From positions 9,950 through 73,949 of the forward strand of contig NZ_JBLIAB010000008.1 of NCBI RefSeq assembly GCF_047631575.1: 64,000 bases of DNA, given 5' to 3'. Position 1 is the stretch's first letter. Each line of letters opens with the position of its first letter. The notes below the pieces were generated by a model. It worked only from the letters and a program-made list of their open reading frames with translations. It made no database searches and was not told the DNA's origin. The position numbers and the translations under genes are program-made. The stretch comes from Halopseudomonas sp. (lineage in GTDB: Bacteria > Pseudomonadota > Gammaproteobacteria > Pseudomonadales > Pseudomonadaceae). Shown here piece after piece: positions 1 to 9,914 of this stretch.

Positions 1-1
1 G

Positions 2-484
2 CAGGGTCACCCGGTGCTCGGTGTCGAGCTTTCGCGTCTGGCGCTGGAAGAATTCATCGTCGAGCAGAGCCTGGAGTGCACTTGGCAGAGTCAGGGCGAC
101 TTCGCCGTGGGGCAGTGCGGTGCTCTGGCTTTGTATTGCGGTGATTATTTCGAGCTCGACGCAGAAAAACTGGCGAGTATTACTGCAGTCTACGATCGTG
201 CGGCACTCATCGCCTTGCCGCCGCCAATGCGCAAGCGCTATGTGGAGCATTTGCGAGCCTGCCTGCCGGGGGGCTGGCAGTTATTGTTGATTACCCTGGA
301 TTACCAGCAACAGGAGCGGGCCGGACCTCCTTTCAGTGTACCCGACGCCGAGGTGAAGGTTCTTTTCGAGGGTTGCAAAATAGCAATACTGCAGGAAGAA
401 GAGGTGCTCGATCAGCACGCGGTATTCAAGCAAGAGGGCATGACGGAACTGGTCGAGCGGGTCTACCTGATTTTGGCTGATTAA
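2..484 (+). CDS. tpm: Thiopurine S-methyltransferase, 5'-truncated by the window edge
   Basis: Frame is open from position 2. TPMT motifs GVELS, CGDYF, YDRAALIALPPPMR and LLITLDY..GPPFSV are present; TAA at 482-484. Confidence 0.9.
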   Translation, partial: QGHPVLGVELSRLALEEFIVEQSLECTWQSQGDFAVGQCGALALYCGDYFELDAEKLASITAVYDRAALIALPPPMRKRYVEHLRACLPGGWQLLLITLDYQQQERAGPPFSVPDAEVKVLFEGCKIAILQEEEVLDQHAVFKQEGMTELVERVYLILAD

Positions 485-555
485 TCGGTGTCAGGCTTTT
501 ATCGCGGCATCCGAAAGGCTGCCATAATCCGTGCAGACATTGTTCTGGAGTAGCC

Positions 556-1476
556 ATGGCGGCCGCCCTTGCTCTATTGCTTAAACTGTTACCGCTCTAC
601 ATAACCGTGGGGCTTGGCTGGCTGGCAGGGCGCTTCCTGAACGCCAGTGGCAGTCACATTGCGGGCATCATGTTGTATATTGTTACGCCTTCGGTTGTTT
701 TTTCCGGCGTGATGAGCGCGCCTTTGTCCACTAGCGTTATCTTGCTTCCTTTTGTGGTATTCGGCTTTTGCACTCTGATCGGTTTGATGCACCTGGTTAT
801 TGCCCGTGGGTGGTTGAACAATGCCAGCGCCAATCTTATTCCGCTATCGGTGGGGACCGGTAACACTGGCTATTTTGGTATTCCTGTTGCGCTATTGTTG
901 TTTGGCGACCGTGGGCTGAGTATTTACATTGTCTGTTTGCTCGGTACGACCTTGTATGAAAATTCGATAGGGTTTTACCTCGCAGCCCGAGGGCGTTACG
1001 GTGTGCGTGACTGTTTGCTCAAGGTGGCGCGACTCCCATCTATCTATGCGTTTTGCCTTGCCGTAGCTCTGAACCTTGCTGATGTTGCCATGCCAACTAT
1101 TTTGATTCCGTTGTTTGACAACCTACGAGGGGCTTACAGCATTCTCGGGATGATGATCATAGGTATGAGCATCCTGAGCTTTCGCGGCCTCGCGGGAGAT
1201 ATGCGTTTTACCGCATTGGCTTTTTTCGGCAAATTTGTTTCATGGCCATTGCTGGCACTGGGGTTCTGGTGGGTCGATAGTCATTGGTTAGAGATATACG
1301 ATCTTGCGGTTTACCAGGCGATTTTTCTCATTTCTATTACGCCTATAGCCGCTAACACGGTAGTCATAGCGACGCTGCTGGGTACTGAGCCGCGACAAGC
1401 TGCTGGCACTACCCTGCTCAGTACGGTATTCGCTTTGATTTACATACCGCTGATGGTTTCTTTCGTGCTGCTGTGA
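556..1476 (+). CDS. AEC (auxin efflux carrier) family transporter
   Basis: 306 aa with about 10 hydrophobic segments; GNTGYFGIP and PIAANT motifs; GGAG RBS upstream. Confidence 0.85.
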   Translation: MAAALALLLKLLPLYITVGLGWLAGRFLNASGSHIAGIMLYIVTPSVVFSGVMSAPLSTSVILLPFVVFGFCTLIGLMHLVIARGWLNNASANLIPLSVGTGNTGYFGIPVALLLFGDRGLSIYIVCLLGTTLYENSIGFYLAARGRYGVRDCLLKVARLPSIYAFCLAVALNLADVAMPTILIPLFDNLRGAYSILGMMIIGMSILSFRGLAGDMRFTALAFFGKFVSWPLLALGFWWVDSHWLEIYDLAVYQAIFLISITPIAANTVVIATLLGTEPRQAAGTTLLSTVFALIYIPLMVSFVLL

Positions 1477-1495
1477 TCGACACGGCAAATTTCTT

Positions 1496-1540
1496 TCATG
1501 CAAAATGCCTGATGAAAAAATGATCTGTCATGCATAATGC
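1496..1540 (+). promoter_or_regulatory. Tandem direct repeat TCATGCAWAATGC, candidate enhancer (UAS) for a sigma54 activator
   Basis: TCATGCAAAATGC at 1496-1508 and TCATGCATAATGC at 1528-1540, 32 bp period, upstream of a sigma54 motif. Confidence 0.5.
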
Positions 1541-1565
1541 AATAAATGGATAGCTTTAAAATATA

Positions 1566-1578
1566 TAACCGCATGATA
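1566..1578 (-). promoter_or_regulatory. Candidate IHF site in an AT-rich tract
   Basis: Minus strand TATCATGCGGTTA versus WATCAANNNNTTR (1 mismatch), lying between the repeats and the sigma54 motif. Confidence 0.4.
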
Positions 1579-1605
1579 TATATAGTAAAATATGTATTTT
1601 TTGAC

Positions 1606-1621
1606 TGGCACGTACCCTGCA
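1606..1621 (+). promoter_or_regulatory. Sigma54 (RpoN) -24/-12 promoter
   Basis: TGGCACGTACCCTGCA versus consensus TGGCACG-N4-TTGCW; GG-N10-GC spacing is exact. Confidence 0.75.
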
Positions 1622-1699
1622 ACATTGATCGGTAGAAATACAATTCGATCAGCAGAGGCAGAGCTGACAACTCTGATCACTACAGGGAGAACGTTCATC

Positions 1700-1981
1700 A
1701 TGAAAGGTCGCGATATTGCCTTATTTGTTAGTATTCAGGGGATTTTGTTAGGCGCTGCATTTGTGCTTTCCTCAGGACAAGATGGCCTGCAAGACCGGAC
1801 CACACAGCTTACTAAACCAGCGCAGATCCAAAGAGGGACCCTTACAACTCCAGTTCCTACGCAGCCGATTGCGCGGCAGATGACCATGCAGGTCCTAGAC
1901 TCATTCCAACAGGTTGGTCGGGATAGCTCTTCCGCTGATCATCAAGGACTACCCAGCCACCAACGGCGCTGGGTTTTTTGA
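1700..1981 (+). CDS. Small exported or membrane-anchored hypothetical protein ending in RWVF (93 aa)
   Basis: AGGGAG RBS at 1684-1689 and ATG at 1700; N-terminal hydrophobic stretch IALFVSIQGILLGAAFVL, low-complexity middle, C-terminal RRWVF. Confidence 0.7.
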   Translation: MKGRDIALFVSIQGILLGAAFVLSSGQDGLQDRTTQLTKPAQIQRGTLTTPVPTQPIARQMTMQVLDSFQQVGRDSSSADHQGLPSHQRRWVF

Positions 1982-2177
1982 AGGGCCTGCCTGTTTATTA
2001 GTCGAGCGAGGTCTCTTGTTTCTTTACGGTGCCCAATTTGTCTTGGTTACTTTCTCAATAACGTGAGTACTTAAACCCTGCCTATCTTCTCGAATGGACA
2101 GGTGTCAGTAAACACGATCCACCTCAGCTTCTTCCTGCGCTTTTGCCCATGACACAACAACGTGTTGTATCTTTTCC

Positions 2178-2204
2178 TAATGCTCACAACGTTATGGCCG
2201 ATAT
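2178..2204 (+). promoter_or_regulatory. Candidate sigma28 (FliA) promoter for the MCP gene
   Basis: TAAT-N15-GCCGATAT versus consensus TAAA-N15-GCCGATAA. Confidence 0.55.
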
Positions 2205-2296
2205 GACATGTAGTTCGTCATGAATCCTTTTTTTGACGTGACCTTTAACAGCAATATAGGGCTGTTGGCCATTCGCAAGCTACGTGGAAAACCAGA

Positions 2297-3943
2297 ATGA
2301 ATACATTCTTACGTAATATGGGGTTTCGCTGGAAACTGACTTTACCCATGCTGATTCTTGCCGGCATCTTTTGTCTGTTGGGCGCAGTTTCTTATATAGG
2401 AATATCGGATCTTTCATCGCGAATGGAGCGTTTCTCTTCTGGCCTTTTACCGCAGGCAACCAATCTTCTTGAGGCTGACCGGGACATGTATCAAGCGCTG
2501 CTGGCTGAACGTGCGTTGGTTCAGGGTGCTTCGAGGGAGGAGCGTGCCGCATTAGCGTCTGAGCATGCCAATAACATGCAACAGGCATTAGATCGAGTTC
2601 AGGTCTCAGCCGGTTTGGCGGTGTCATCAGACAGCCGCGCACTAGGCGAAAAGTTTGTTCTGGGATTTGCAGCATGGAAACAGGTCAGTACAGAGGTTGT
2701 CCGGCTCGCGCAAAGTGAGGCGTTTCAAGATAAGGGTCAGGCTAATCAGCTTAGCTTCGGGCAGTCAGCGGAGCTTTTTGGCCGAGCACGTGATCTGATC
2801 GACCAGATGACTCAGGTTGTTGATGCTGAGGCAGCGGCTGAACTGCAAGCGGCTAACAGCGCTTCAGCTTCGAATGCACAGACGCTTTTTATAGTGGCTA
2901 TCGCAGGTTTAATTGTCTGTGCTCTGACAATCTTTATTTTACCGGGTCTGATCATCCGCCCAATAACCGATATTCTCGCGCGAATTCGTGATATCGCCGG
3001 AGGCGGAGGCGATCTCACCAAGCGTGTAGATGTGAATTCGGCAGACGAAGTGGGGCAGCTGGGCCAGAGCTTCAATGCGTTTCTCGACCAGCTGCAACTG
3101 TTGATCCGCGAAGTGGCAGAGTCGACCCTGCTGGTGGCTTCGGCATCCGAGCAGATGAGTGCCATCGCAGCCAACCAGGATCAGCTCGTCATGGATCAGC
3201 ACCTGGCCATTGATCAGGTGAGTACTGCGGCAACCGAGATGACAGCAGCTATTCATGAAGTGGCGGACAATGCCCATTGTACCGCCGATGCAGCGCGACA
3301 GGCGGACCAGCAGGGCCACGCAACGTCCGAGGTGGTCGGACAGACCATGAACGCGTTGCGACGACTGGCTGGGGATGTAGCCGAGGCTGCGGGCGTCATC
3401 AATCGTCTGGAGCAGGATAGCGACAAGATCGGAGGCGTGCTCAGCGTCATTCAAGCGATTGCCGAGCAAACCAATTTGCTGGCACTAAACGCAGCAATCG
3501 AAGCTGCTCGCGCAGGCGAGCAGGGTAGAGGCTTTGCCGTGGTGGCTGATGAGGTTAGAACGCTGGCAGCACGGACGCAGGATTCGACCCGCGATATTCA
3601 AGAGATGATCCAAAGCCTGCAAACAGGCAGTGGCCAGGCTGTGAGTGTTATGCAGCGTGGCGCAGCGTTAGCCGCTGAAAGTGTCGCTCAGGCTGAAGGC
3701 GCTGAAAAGTCGCTCAGTGATACGGCACAATCGGTTGTGCGTATCAATGATATGGCGGCGCAAATCGCCTCGGCGTGCGAGGAACAGACGCAAACCACTG
3801 AAGAGATTGCACGTAATATCAGCGGTATCCGTGATCTCTCTGATCAGGCAGCACAGAACTCAGCAGAAAGCCGTCAGGCCAGTGAATCCATGGCCAGGCT
3901 CGCAGCCGGGTTACAGCATCAGGTGGGGCGTTTCAAGACCTGA
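2297..3943 (+). CDS. Methyl-accepting chemotaxis protein (four-helix-bundle sensor, HAMP, MCP signalling domain)
   Basis: Two TM helices, a HAMP segment ([18 protein letters not shown]) and the hairpin-tip motif [31 protein letters not shown]. Confidence 0.95.
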   Translation: MNTFLRNMGFRWKLTLPMLILAGIFCLLGAVSYIGISDLSSRMERFSSGLLPQATNLLEADRDMYQALLAERALVQGASREERAALASEHANNMQQALDRVQVSAGLAVSSDSRALGEKFVLGFAAWKQVSTEVVRLAQSEAFQDKGQANQLSFGQSAELFGRARDLIDQMTQVVDAEAAAELQAANSASASNAQTLFIVAIAGLIVCALTIFILPGLIIRPITDILARIRDIAGGGGDLTKRVDVNSADEVGQLGQSFNAFLDQLQLLIREVAESTLLVASASEQMSAIAANQDQLVMDQHLAIDQVSTAATEMTAAIHEVADNAHCTADAARQADQQGHATSEVVGQTMNALRRLAGDVAEAAGVINRLEQDSDKIGGVLSVIQAIAEQTNLLALNAAIEAARAGEQGRGFAVVADEVRTLAARTQDSTRDIQEMIQSLQTGSGQAVSVMQRGAALAAESVAQAEGAEKSLSDTAQSVVRINDMAAQIASACEEQTQTTEEIARNISGIRDLSDQAAQNSAESRQASESMARLAAGLQHQVGRFKT

Positions 3944-4033
3944 CCAAGAGGTTATGGAAGCACTCCAACAATGGGTTGTAAGTTCGCACCAAGCCGTTAC
4001 AATAGCGCGGCCTGTCCAGTACAGGTTTGTTAT

Positions 4034-4146
4034 GGTGGCCCCGCCGGTCCCCTCGCAATGATTCGCCGTTAACCTGGTCAGGCCCGGAAGGGAGCAGCCA
4101 CAGCGGCTACATCGTGTGCCGGGGTGTGGCTGGTGGGGCTGCCACC
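4034..4146 (+). ncRNA. ffs: Signal recognition particle RNA (4.5S)
   Basis: Domain IV motif TCAGGCCCGGAAGGGAGCAG; terminal stem GGTGGCCCCGCC/GGTGGGGCTGCCACC; TACAAT -10 at 3998-4003; sits directly upstream of dnaX. Confidence 0.93.
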
Positions 4147-4262
4147 CATCATGACCTTCCGTCATAAGATCCTTTTTGCTGTCCCGTGCATCTCGCAAAG
4201 TCTGCCCGCTTTGGTTACAGTATAGGCTTGTCTTTCAGACCCTATCGGACAGCAGACATCCA

Positions 4263-6239
4263 ATGAGTTATCAGGTACTTGCCCGCAAATGGCGTCCGCG
4301 ACTGTTTCGTGAAATGGTCGGCCAGACCCATGTGCTTCAGGCTCTGATCAATGCGCTTGATCATGATCGCCTCCATCATGCCTATCTGTTTACCGGCACC
4401 CGTGGTGTCGGCAAGACGTCGATCGCGCGTATTCTGGCCAAGTGCCTTAACTGTGAAACCGGCGTGAGCTCCGAACCCTGTGGTACGTGTTCGGCCTGCC
4501 GCGAGATCGACGAGGGTCGTTTTGTTGATCTCATTGAGGTCGATGCGGCTAGCCGTACCAAGGTAGAAGACACCCGCGAGCTGCTGGACAATGTTCAATA
4601 CGCGCCATCACGAGGTCGCTATAAGGTCTACCTGATCGATGAAGTCCACATGCTTTCCAGCCACAGTTTTAATGCGCTACTGAAAACTCTGGAAGAGCCA
4701 CCCGAACACGTCAAATTTCTGCTGGCCACAACGGACCCGCAGAAACTGCCGGTGACCATTCTCTCCCGTTGTCTGCAATTTTCGCTGAAGAACATGCTGC
4801 CGGAAAAGATTGTCGATCATTTGCGGCACGTATTGGGCGAAGAGATGATTCGGTTCGACGAGGAATCCTTGTGGCTACTGGGTCGGGCAGCCGATGGCTC
4901 GATGCGGGATGCGCTAAGTCTTACAGATCAGGCGATTGCTTTCGGTAACGGTGCGCTTCAGGTGTCCGAGGTACGCAGCATGCTCGGCACCATCGATCAT
5001 GGGCAGGTATTCGGGCTGTTGGAAGCGCTAGCGGCAAATGATGCTCAGGCAATGCTCGCCGCCGTGGCTGAGTTGGCCGAGCAGGGTGCGGATTTTACCG
5101 GCGTACTGGGTGAACTATTATCGGTGCTGCAACGGGTTGCCATTGCTCAGATTTTGCCACAGAGCGTCGACAACAGTCTCGGCGATCAGGAACAGGTGCT
5201 CGGGCTTGCGGGTAGAGTCAGCGCTGAAGACGTACAGCTTTTTTACCAGATGGGTCTTCATGGTCGCCGCGATCTGCCGTTGGCGCCGGAGCCGCGTGGT
5301 GGTTTTGAAATGGCCATGTTGCGTATGTTGGCGTTTCGCCCCGGCACTTTGGAACAGGACGCTGTCACTGGCTCACCGGGAATAGCGCCGGGAAAGCAGA
5401 CAGGGCTCAGCCAGGCCAAGGCTGAATCCGAATCGGCCAGGCCAGAAGCAACCGCACAGGCGGCGCCTGCGGTGGTATTGCCGGTAATCAGCGAGCCTGA
5501 ACAGCCATCAACACCAGAGTCCGAGTCGGTGAATGCGCCTGTTTGCTCTATGTCGGATAATGTTACGAATAGCAAACATCGGTCACTCACCGCTGGCCAG
5601 CCCCTGAAGGCAACCACTCCGGTAAAGCCGCCACAGAATGAGCCGCCCGCTGAATGGCTGCAGGCAATACCTGCTGATCCAGTAGAAGACGAAAGGGATG
5701 CAGAAGACGACGAAGGCTTTGATGTTGAGCATTATTCTGGCGATTGGCAGTCAGCGGACGCCGTGGCAGCGGCGACCTCACCTCGGGATGCTGGTCCTGA
5801 GGACGAGACGTCTGCGACCCCCGTAGATATGCCAGCAGCAACTGGTCTGGCGGCTGAGTGGTTGGACACATTCCTGCGGTTGAAGCTAAGCGGTCTGACC
5901 CAGAGTATAGCTGCCCATTGCCAGCTAGTTGGCTGCTCCGGCGATACTTGGACGCTGCATCTTGATCCGGGGCATAGTGCTTTGTACAACGACAACCACC
6001 GGTTGCGTCTGCAGCAGGCGTTGATCGAGCATATTGGCTCTCCTGTTGATCTGGAGGTGCTGATAGCCTCTCCTGACCAGGAAACCCCGGCCATTGCGGC
6101 AGCGCTCCGCAAGCACAAGCGTCAGCAGGAGGCCGAGGTAAGCATTCAGCAGGATCCGCTGGTACTGGGTCTGATGCGCGACTTTGCTGCTCAGATTTGC
6201 GAAGGTACTATCCGTCCAATTGACACAACGACCCATTGA
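4263..6239 (+). CDS. dnaX: DNA polymerase III subunit gamma/tau
   Basis: [12 protein letters not shown] start, Walker A GTRGVGKT, zinc motif, DEVHMLS and SRC motifs; long acidic/Pro-rich linker. Confidence 0.97.
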   Translation: MSYQVLARKWRPRLFREMVGQTHVLQALINALDHDRLHHAYLFTGTRGVGKTSIARILAKCLNCETGVSSEPCGTCSACREIDEGRFVDLIEVDAASRTKVEDTRELLDNVQYAPSRGRYKVYLIDEVHMLSSHSFNALLKTLEEPPEHVKFLLATTDPQKLPVTILSRCLQFSLKNMLPEKIVDHLRHVLGEEMIRFDEESLWLLGRAADGSMRDALSLTDQAIAFGNGALQVSEVRSMLGTIDHGQVFGLLEALAANDAQAMLAAVAELAEQGADFTGVLGELLSVLQRVAIAQILPQSVDNSLGDQEQVLGLAGRVSAEDVQLFYQMGLHGRRDLPLAPEPRGGFEMAMLRMLAFRPGTLEQDAVTGSPGIAPGKQTGLSQAKAESESARPEATAQAAPAVVLPVISEPEQPSTPESESVNAPVCSMSDNVTNSKHRSLTAGQPLKATTPVKPPQNEPPAEWLQAIPADPVEDERDAEDDEGFDVEHYSGDWQSADAVAAATSPRDAGPEDETSATPVDMPAATGLAAEWLDTFLRLKLSGLTQSIAAHCQLVGCSGDTWTLHLDPGHSALYNDNHRLRLQQALIEHIGSPVDLEVLIASPDQETPAIAAALRKHKRQQEAEVSIQQDPLVLGLMRDFAAQICEGTIRPIDTTTH

Positions 6240-6253
6240 GCGAGGATAGCAGC

Positions 6254-6580
6254 ATGATGAAAGGTGGAATGGCCGGGCTGATGAAGCAGGCGCAAGATAT
6301 GCAGGAAAAAATGGCAAAGATGCAGGAAGAACTGGCTCAAGCCGAAGTAACCGGACAATCTGGCGCGGGTCTGGTATCCGTGGTGATGAATGGTCGCCAT
6401 GACGTCAAGCGGGTTAGCATTGACGACAGTCTTTTGACTGAAGAAAAGGAAATACTCGAAGATCTTGTTGCAGCTGCCTTTAACGATGCGGTGCGCAAGT
6501 TGGAGAAGAGCAGTCAGGAGAAAATGACCGGTATGACTGCGGGTATGAACCTGCCCGACGGCTTCAAGATGCCTTTTTAA
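6254..6580 (+). CDS. ybaB: YbaB/EbfC nucleoid-associated protein
   Basis: [33 protein letters not shown]; lies between dnaX and recR. Confidence 0.95.
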   Translation: MMKGGMAGLMKQAQDMQEKMAKMQEELAQAEVTGQSGAGLVSVVMNGRHDVKRVSIDDSLLTEEKEILEDLVAAAFNDAVRKLEKSSQEKMTGMTAGMNLPDGFKMPF

Positions 6581-6611
6581 AGGTAATGATCAATATTATG
6601 CAGGTGGTGCC

Positions 6612-7211
6612 ATGAGCTTTAGTCCACTGATTCGTCATCTGATCGATGCGCTGCGCGGTTTGCCCGGGGTGGGCCCAAAGACAGCGCAACGTATGGCGTT
6701 GCATCTGCTTGAGCGAGACCGTGATGGTGCTCGACATCTCGCTGGAGCGCTTGCAACCGCTATGGATGGCGTGGGTTATTGCAGTCGTTGCCGTACCCTC
6801 AGCGAAAATGATATCTGCGTCATCTGTATCGATCCGCGTCGGGATGCCAGCTTGCTCTGCGTATTACAGAGCCCCGCCGACGTGTGGGCGGTCGAGCAGG
6901 CCGGCGGATTTAGCGGCCGTTATTTTGTGCTAAAAGGGCAGCTATCTCCCATTGACGGTATGGGGCCAGATGAAATTGGTATCCCCGCCCTGCTTGAAGC
7001 GGTCGAGCGTAGCGAGGTTGCGGAAGTCATACTGGCTACCAATCCGACAGTAGAGGGTGAAGCGACCGCGCACTATATCGCTAGCATGCTCAAGTCTCGC
7101 GGGATCAAGGTCTCGCGAATCGCCCATGGTGTGCCACTGGGTGGAGAGCTGGAGCATATTGACGGTGGAACGCTAGCGCATGCTCTAGCTGGTCGCACCC
7201 CCATCCTCTAA
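6612..7211 (+). CDS. recR: Recombination mediator RecR
   Basis: [11 protein letters not shown] HhH motif, C4 zinc finger, Toprim motif [12 protein letters not shown]. Confidence 0.97.
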   Translation: MSFSPLIRHLIDALRGLPGVGPKTAQRMALHLLERDRDGARHLAGALATAMDGVGYCSRCRTLSENDICVICIDPRRDASLLCVLQSPADVWAVEQAGGFSGRYFVLKGQLSPIDGMGPDEIGIPALLEAVERSEVAEVILATNPTVEGEATAHYIASMLKSRGIKVSRIAHGVPLGGELEHIDGGTLAHALAGRTPIL

Positions 7212-7236
7212 GCCGATGTCATGACGAGACTGGCAT

Positions 7237-7527
7237 TTACTCCACAGCACCGTTCTGTTTTTCCAATTCATCCACAATCCGATCATAGGCTTCACAGGGG
7301 TCATGTGCATCCGTGGTGGGATTGCGTAGTTGCAGCGCAACCAGTTGCTCGTAAAGCTCGTTTGCCTTGACTGGATCACCGTCAGCGATACGGTGAACTG
7401 TTGCTGCGACTTCTTCGGCTTTTGCTACGGCATCGTCAGCGGTGCAAGCGGCTGAGGCCGGGAGGGTGAATAGACCGAGTAAGCCGGCAGTTATCAAACT
7501 GGATAATGTTCTAGATAGTGTTTTCAT
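7237..7527 (-). CDS. Small secreted hypothetical protein with two Cys residues
   Basis: GAGG RBS before ATG 7527; Sec-type signal peptide ending in ASA-A; helical mature region with 2 Cys. Confidence 0.7.
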   Translation of the reverse strand: MKTLSRTLSSLITAGLLGLFTLPASAACTADDAVAKAEEVAATVHRIADGDPVKANELYEQLVALQLRNPTTDAHDPCEAYDRIVDELEKQNGAVE

Positions 7528-7739
7528 GGCTGGCCTCAATGGCTACATTAATTGCAGACTTATTTTAACGGCATTCATTGGAGCATCCAACCAGGTGCGT
7601 CAATCAGTCTCTGCTGGTAAGGCAGGATTGACTGAATAGGTGTTGTGCAAGAATCGGAATCGATTTTTGGTTGCTATTGGGGCGTTCTCAGTACGAGTCT
7701 GATGGTAGCCAATTTGTCGTCTACTCCGTGAGTTTAGCC

Positions 7740-8473
7740 ATGCACCGCCCTTGTAGTGTCTTGATTATCTTCTTTTTAATCCTGTTCCCGCCTGCCAGCT
7801 TTGCCGAGGTACTGATGGTCGGATTTGGCACCCACAAACCTCCTTACGTATATGAAGGCGAGAACAAAGGACTTGAGTACGAGCTGGTTGAAGCTGCTCT
7901 GGCGGATGCAGGAATTGAAATACATGGCTATTACGCTCCATTAGAGGGCTTGCACCGAATGCTCGCAAACAAAGAACCCCATGCAATGGCCACAACCAAC
8001 GAGACCAGTGGAGTTATTGCGTATTACCGCGGGTCTTCATCGAGTATCACAACGTGGCGGTGAGCCTGCAGTGCAATCATATTCACCTGGGGACTATTGA
8101 TGACCTGCAGGGTCACTCCATCAGCGCTTTTCAGCGTGCCCGTTACCTGTTGGGCCCGCGCTTTCTTGCGATGACTGAGGCGAATGCCCGTTATCGTGAA
8201 GAGGCGCGACAGATCACCCGGAATTTGCTGCTGTATGCTGGACGAGTCGACGTGATGATCGGCGATTGACGGATCATTCGTGGATTTAATGGGGACATAG
8301 CTGATTGGGTTGATGTCAGACAACCCGTTACCGAGCACACTCTGTTTCCACCGACAGGCAATCGCATGGATTTTACCAATCGCTCCGTGCGCGAAAGCTG
8401 TGACCAGGGACTGTCTGCGATCCATACGGACGGGAGCTATCACGCTATTACCCAGCGTTATGAGCAGTTCTAG
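7740..8473 (+). pseudogene. Periplasmic substrate-binding protein (family 3-like), disrupted
   Basis: N-terminal half (signal peptide, GFGTHKPPYVY..GLEYELV) is in one frame. The continuation FIEYHNVAV..RVDVMIGD is in another frame after about 8025-8033. An in-frame TGA at 8267-8269 is followed by RIIRGFN..DGSYHAITQRYEQF and TAG at 8471-8473. Confidence 0.85.
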
Positions 8474-8610
8474 TCGCTGCCTGACTGAATAGACCGCATC
8501 TCTGGCCTATCAGACGCTGCCCGGGGCCAGTGCATCGGTTAATCTGAGAAAGTCACAATATAAAAATAAAGCCTTCGCCGTATCGGCCCACGAATAATCG
8601 GAGTTTTCGC

Positions 8611-9906
8611 ATGATTTTCTCGCGTACTCTCGCCGCCACTCTGGCGGTACTTTTGACACATCAGACACAGGCCCAGGAAATGCCCTCACCCGATACTGTT
8701 CGTCTTGACCAATTGCGGTTAATGGAAGGTTTTCCGGCCCCGGCAGACAAGCAGGTAACCGCAGACAACTTTCTGGTGCAGTTCCCCAATCTGCGTTGGG
8801 CATTCCACCATATGCGCGAGTTGCTGCCCACGCGCAATATCCGCCGGGGGCCAGAGGCACCCACAGGGTTGCCGGCAGGGGAAGATCTGCGCGAGAAGAT
8901 CGACGCATTGAGTTTCACAGGCCCGCAAGGCGATTTCCTTACTTTCGGTCAATACCTCACCTCTACCTTCGCCGATGCCACGCTGATAATGAAAGATGGC
9001 AAAGTAGTCTATGAGGCTTACCACGAGGGAATGCCGGCTGAGAATCCCCACATGCTCTGGTCGGTCACTAAATCCTTTGGCGGCCTGATCGCTACGCAAC
9101 TGCTGGAGGAGGGTACGCTCAAAGCTGATGCGCTGATAACTGACTACGTGCCAGAGCTTCACGGCAGCGGTTGGAGTGGCGCAACGGTTCAGCAACTGCT
9201 GAATATGACGGCCGACATCGACTACAGCGAGGTATATGCCGATCAGGAATCGGATGTCGTCAAATACGCCATGTCAGCCGGCATGCTCCCCAGGCCTGAG
9301 GACTTTGCCGGAGAGCGTGACCTTTACAGCTATTTGCCGACTATTGGTTCTGACGGTGCCCATGGTGAGCGCTTTATTTACCGTACCGTGCACACCGAAG
9401 TACTGGGTTGGGTGTTACGCCGCGCTACCGGAAAGCATGTGGCTGAGCTGATCAGCGAGCGCCTCTGGAGCAAGTTGGGTTCCGAGCAGGATGCTTATCT
9501 ATTGCTGGACAGCAAAGGTACTGAGTGGGCGGGCGCCGGTTTGAACGCCAGCCTGCGTGATCTTGGTCGTTTTGGCGAGATGATGCGGCTGGAAGGTCGA
9601 TTCAACGGCCAGCAGATCGTTAACAGCTCAGTGATAGCCCGCATTCGTGAGGGCGGTGATCGGGAAGCATTCAAGGCAGCCGGCCGTGATTTTCAAGCGG
9701 GCTATTCGTACCGCAATCAATGGTGGATCAGCCACAACGACGATGGTGCCTACGAGGCGCTCGGTGTGCACGGCCAGATGATTCATGTTAATCCGGCAGT
9801 GGGACTAGTGGTCGTGCGTCTTTCCTCTCATCCGGTGGCTACCTCGGCGGCCACGTTTCCCACAACCCGACCTGCTTTGGTCGCATTGGCTAATATGTTG
9901 CGCTAG
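8611..9906 (+). CDS. Exported serine hydrolase, beta-lactamase fold (class C / NylB 6-aminohexanoate-dimer hydrolase-like)
   Basis: Signal peptide; SxxK motif (WSVTKS), catalytic Tyr (FIYRT) and C-terminal ALGVHGQ. Confidence 0.88.
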   Translation: MIFSRTLAATLAVLLTHQTQAQEMPSPDTVRLDQLRLMEGFPAPADKQVTADNFLVQFPNLRWAFHHMRELLPTRNIRRGPEAPTGLPAGEDLREKIDALSFTGPQGDFLTFGQYLTSTFADATLIMKDGKVVYEAYHEGMPAENPHMLWSVTKSFGGLIATQLLEEGTLKADALITDYVPELHGSGWSGATVQQLLNMTADIDYSEVYADQESDVVKYAMSAGMLPRPEDFAGERDLYSYLPTIGSDGAHGERFIYRTVHTEVLGWVLRRATGKHVAELISERLWSKLGSEQDAYLLLDSKGTEWAGAGLNASLRDLGRFGEMMRLEGRFNGQQIVNSSVIARIREGGDREAFKAAGRDFQAGYSYRNQWWISHNDDGAYEALGVHGQMIHVNPAVGLVVVRLSSHPVATSAATFPTTRPALVALANMLR

Positions 9907-9914
9907 GACAAGTA

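Noticed and set aside
4263-6239. Programmed -1 frameshift giving the gamma subunit of DnaX
   Set aside because: I found no A-AAA-AAG heptamer or long A run in the gene; the long linker is ordinary low-complexity sequence.
7599-7632. Bulged inverted repeat GTCAATC..GATTGAC in a divergent spacer
   Set aside because: Single occurrence with no U-tract; cannot be distinguished from chance.
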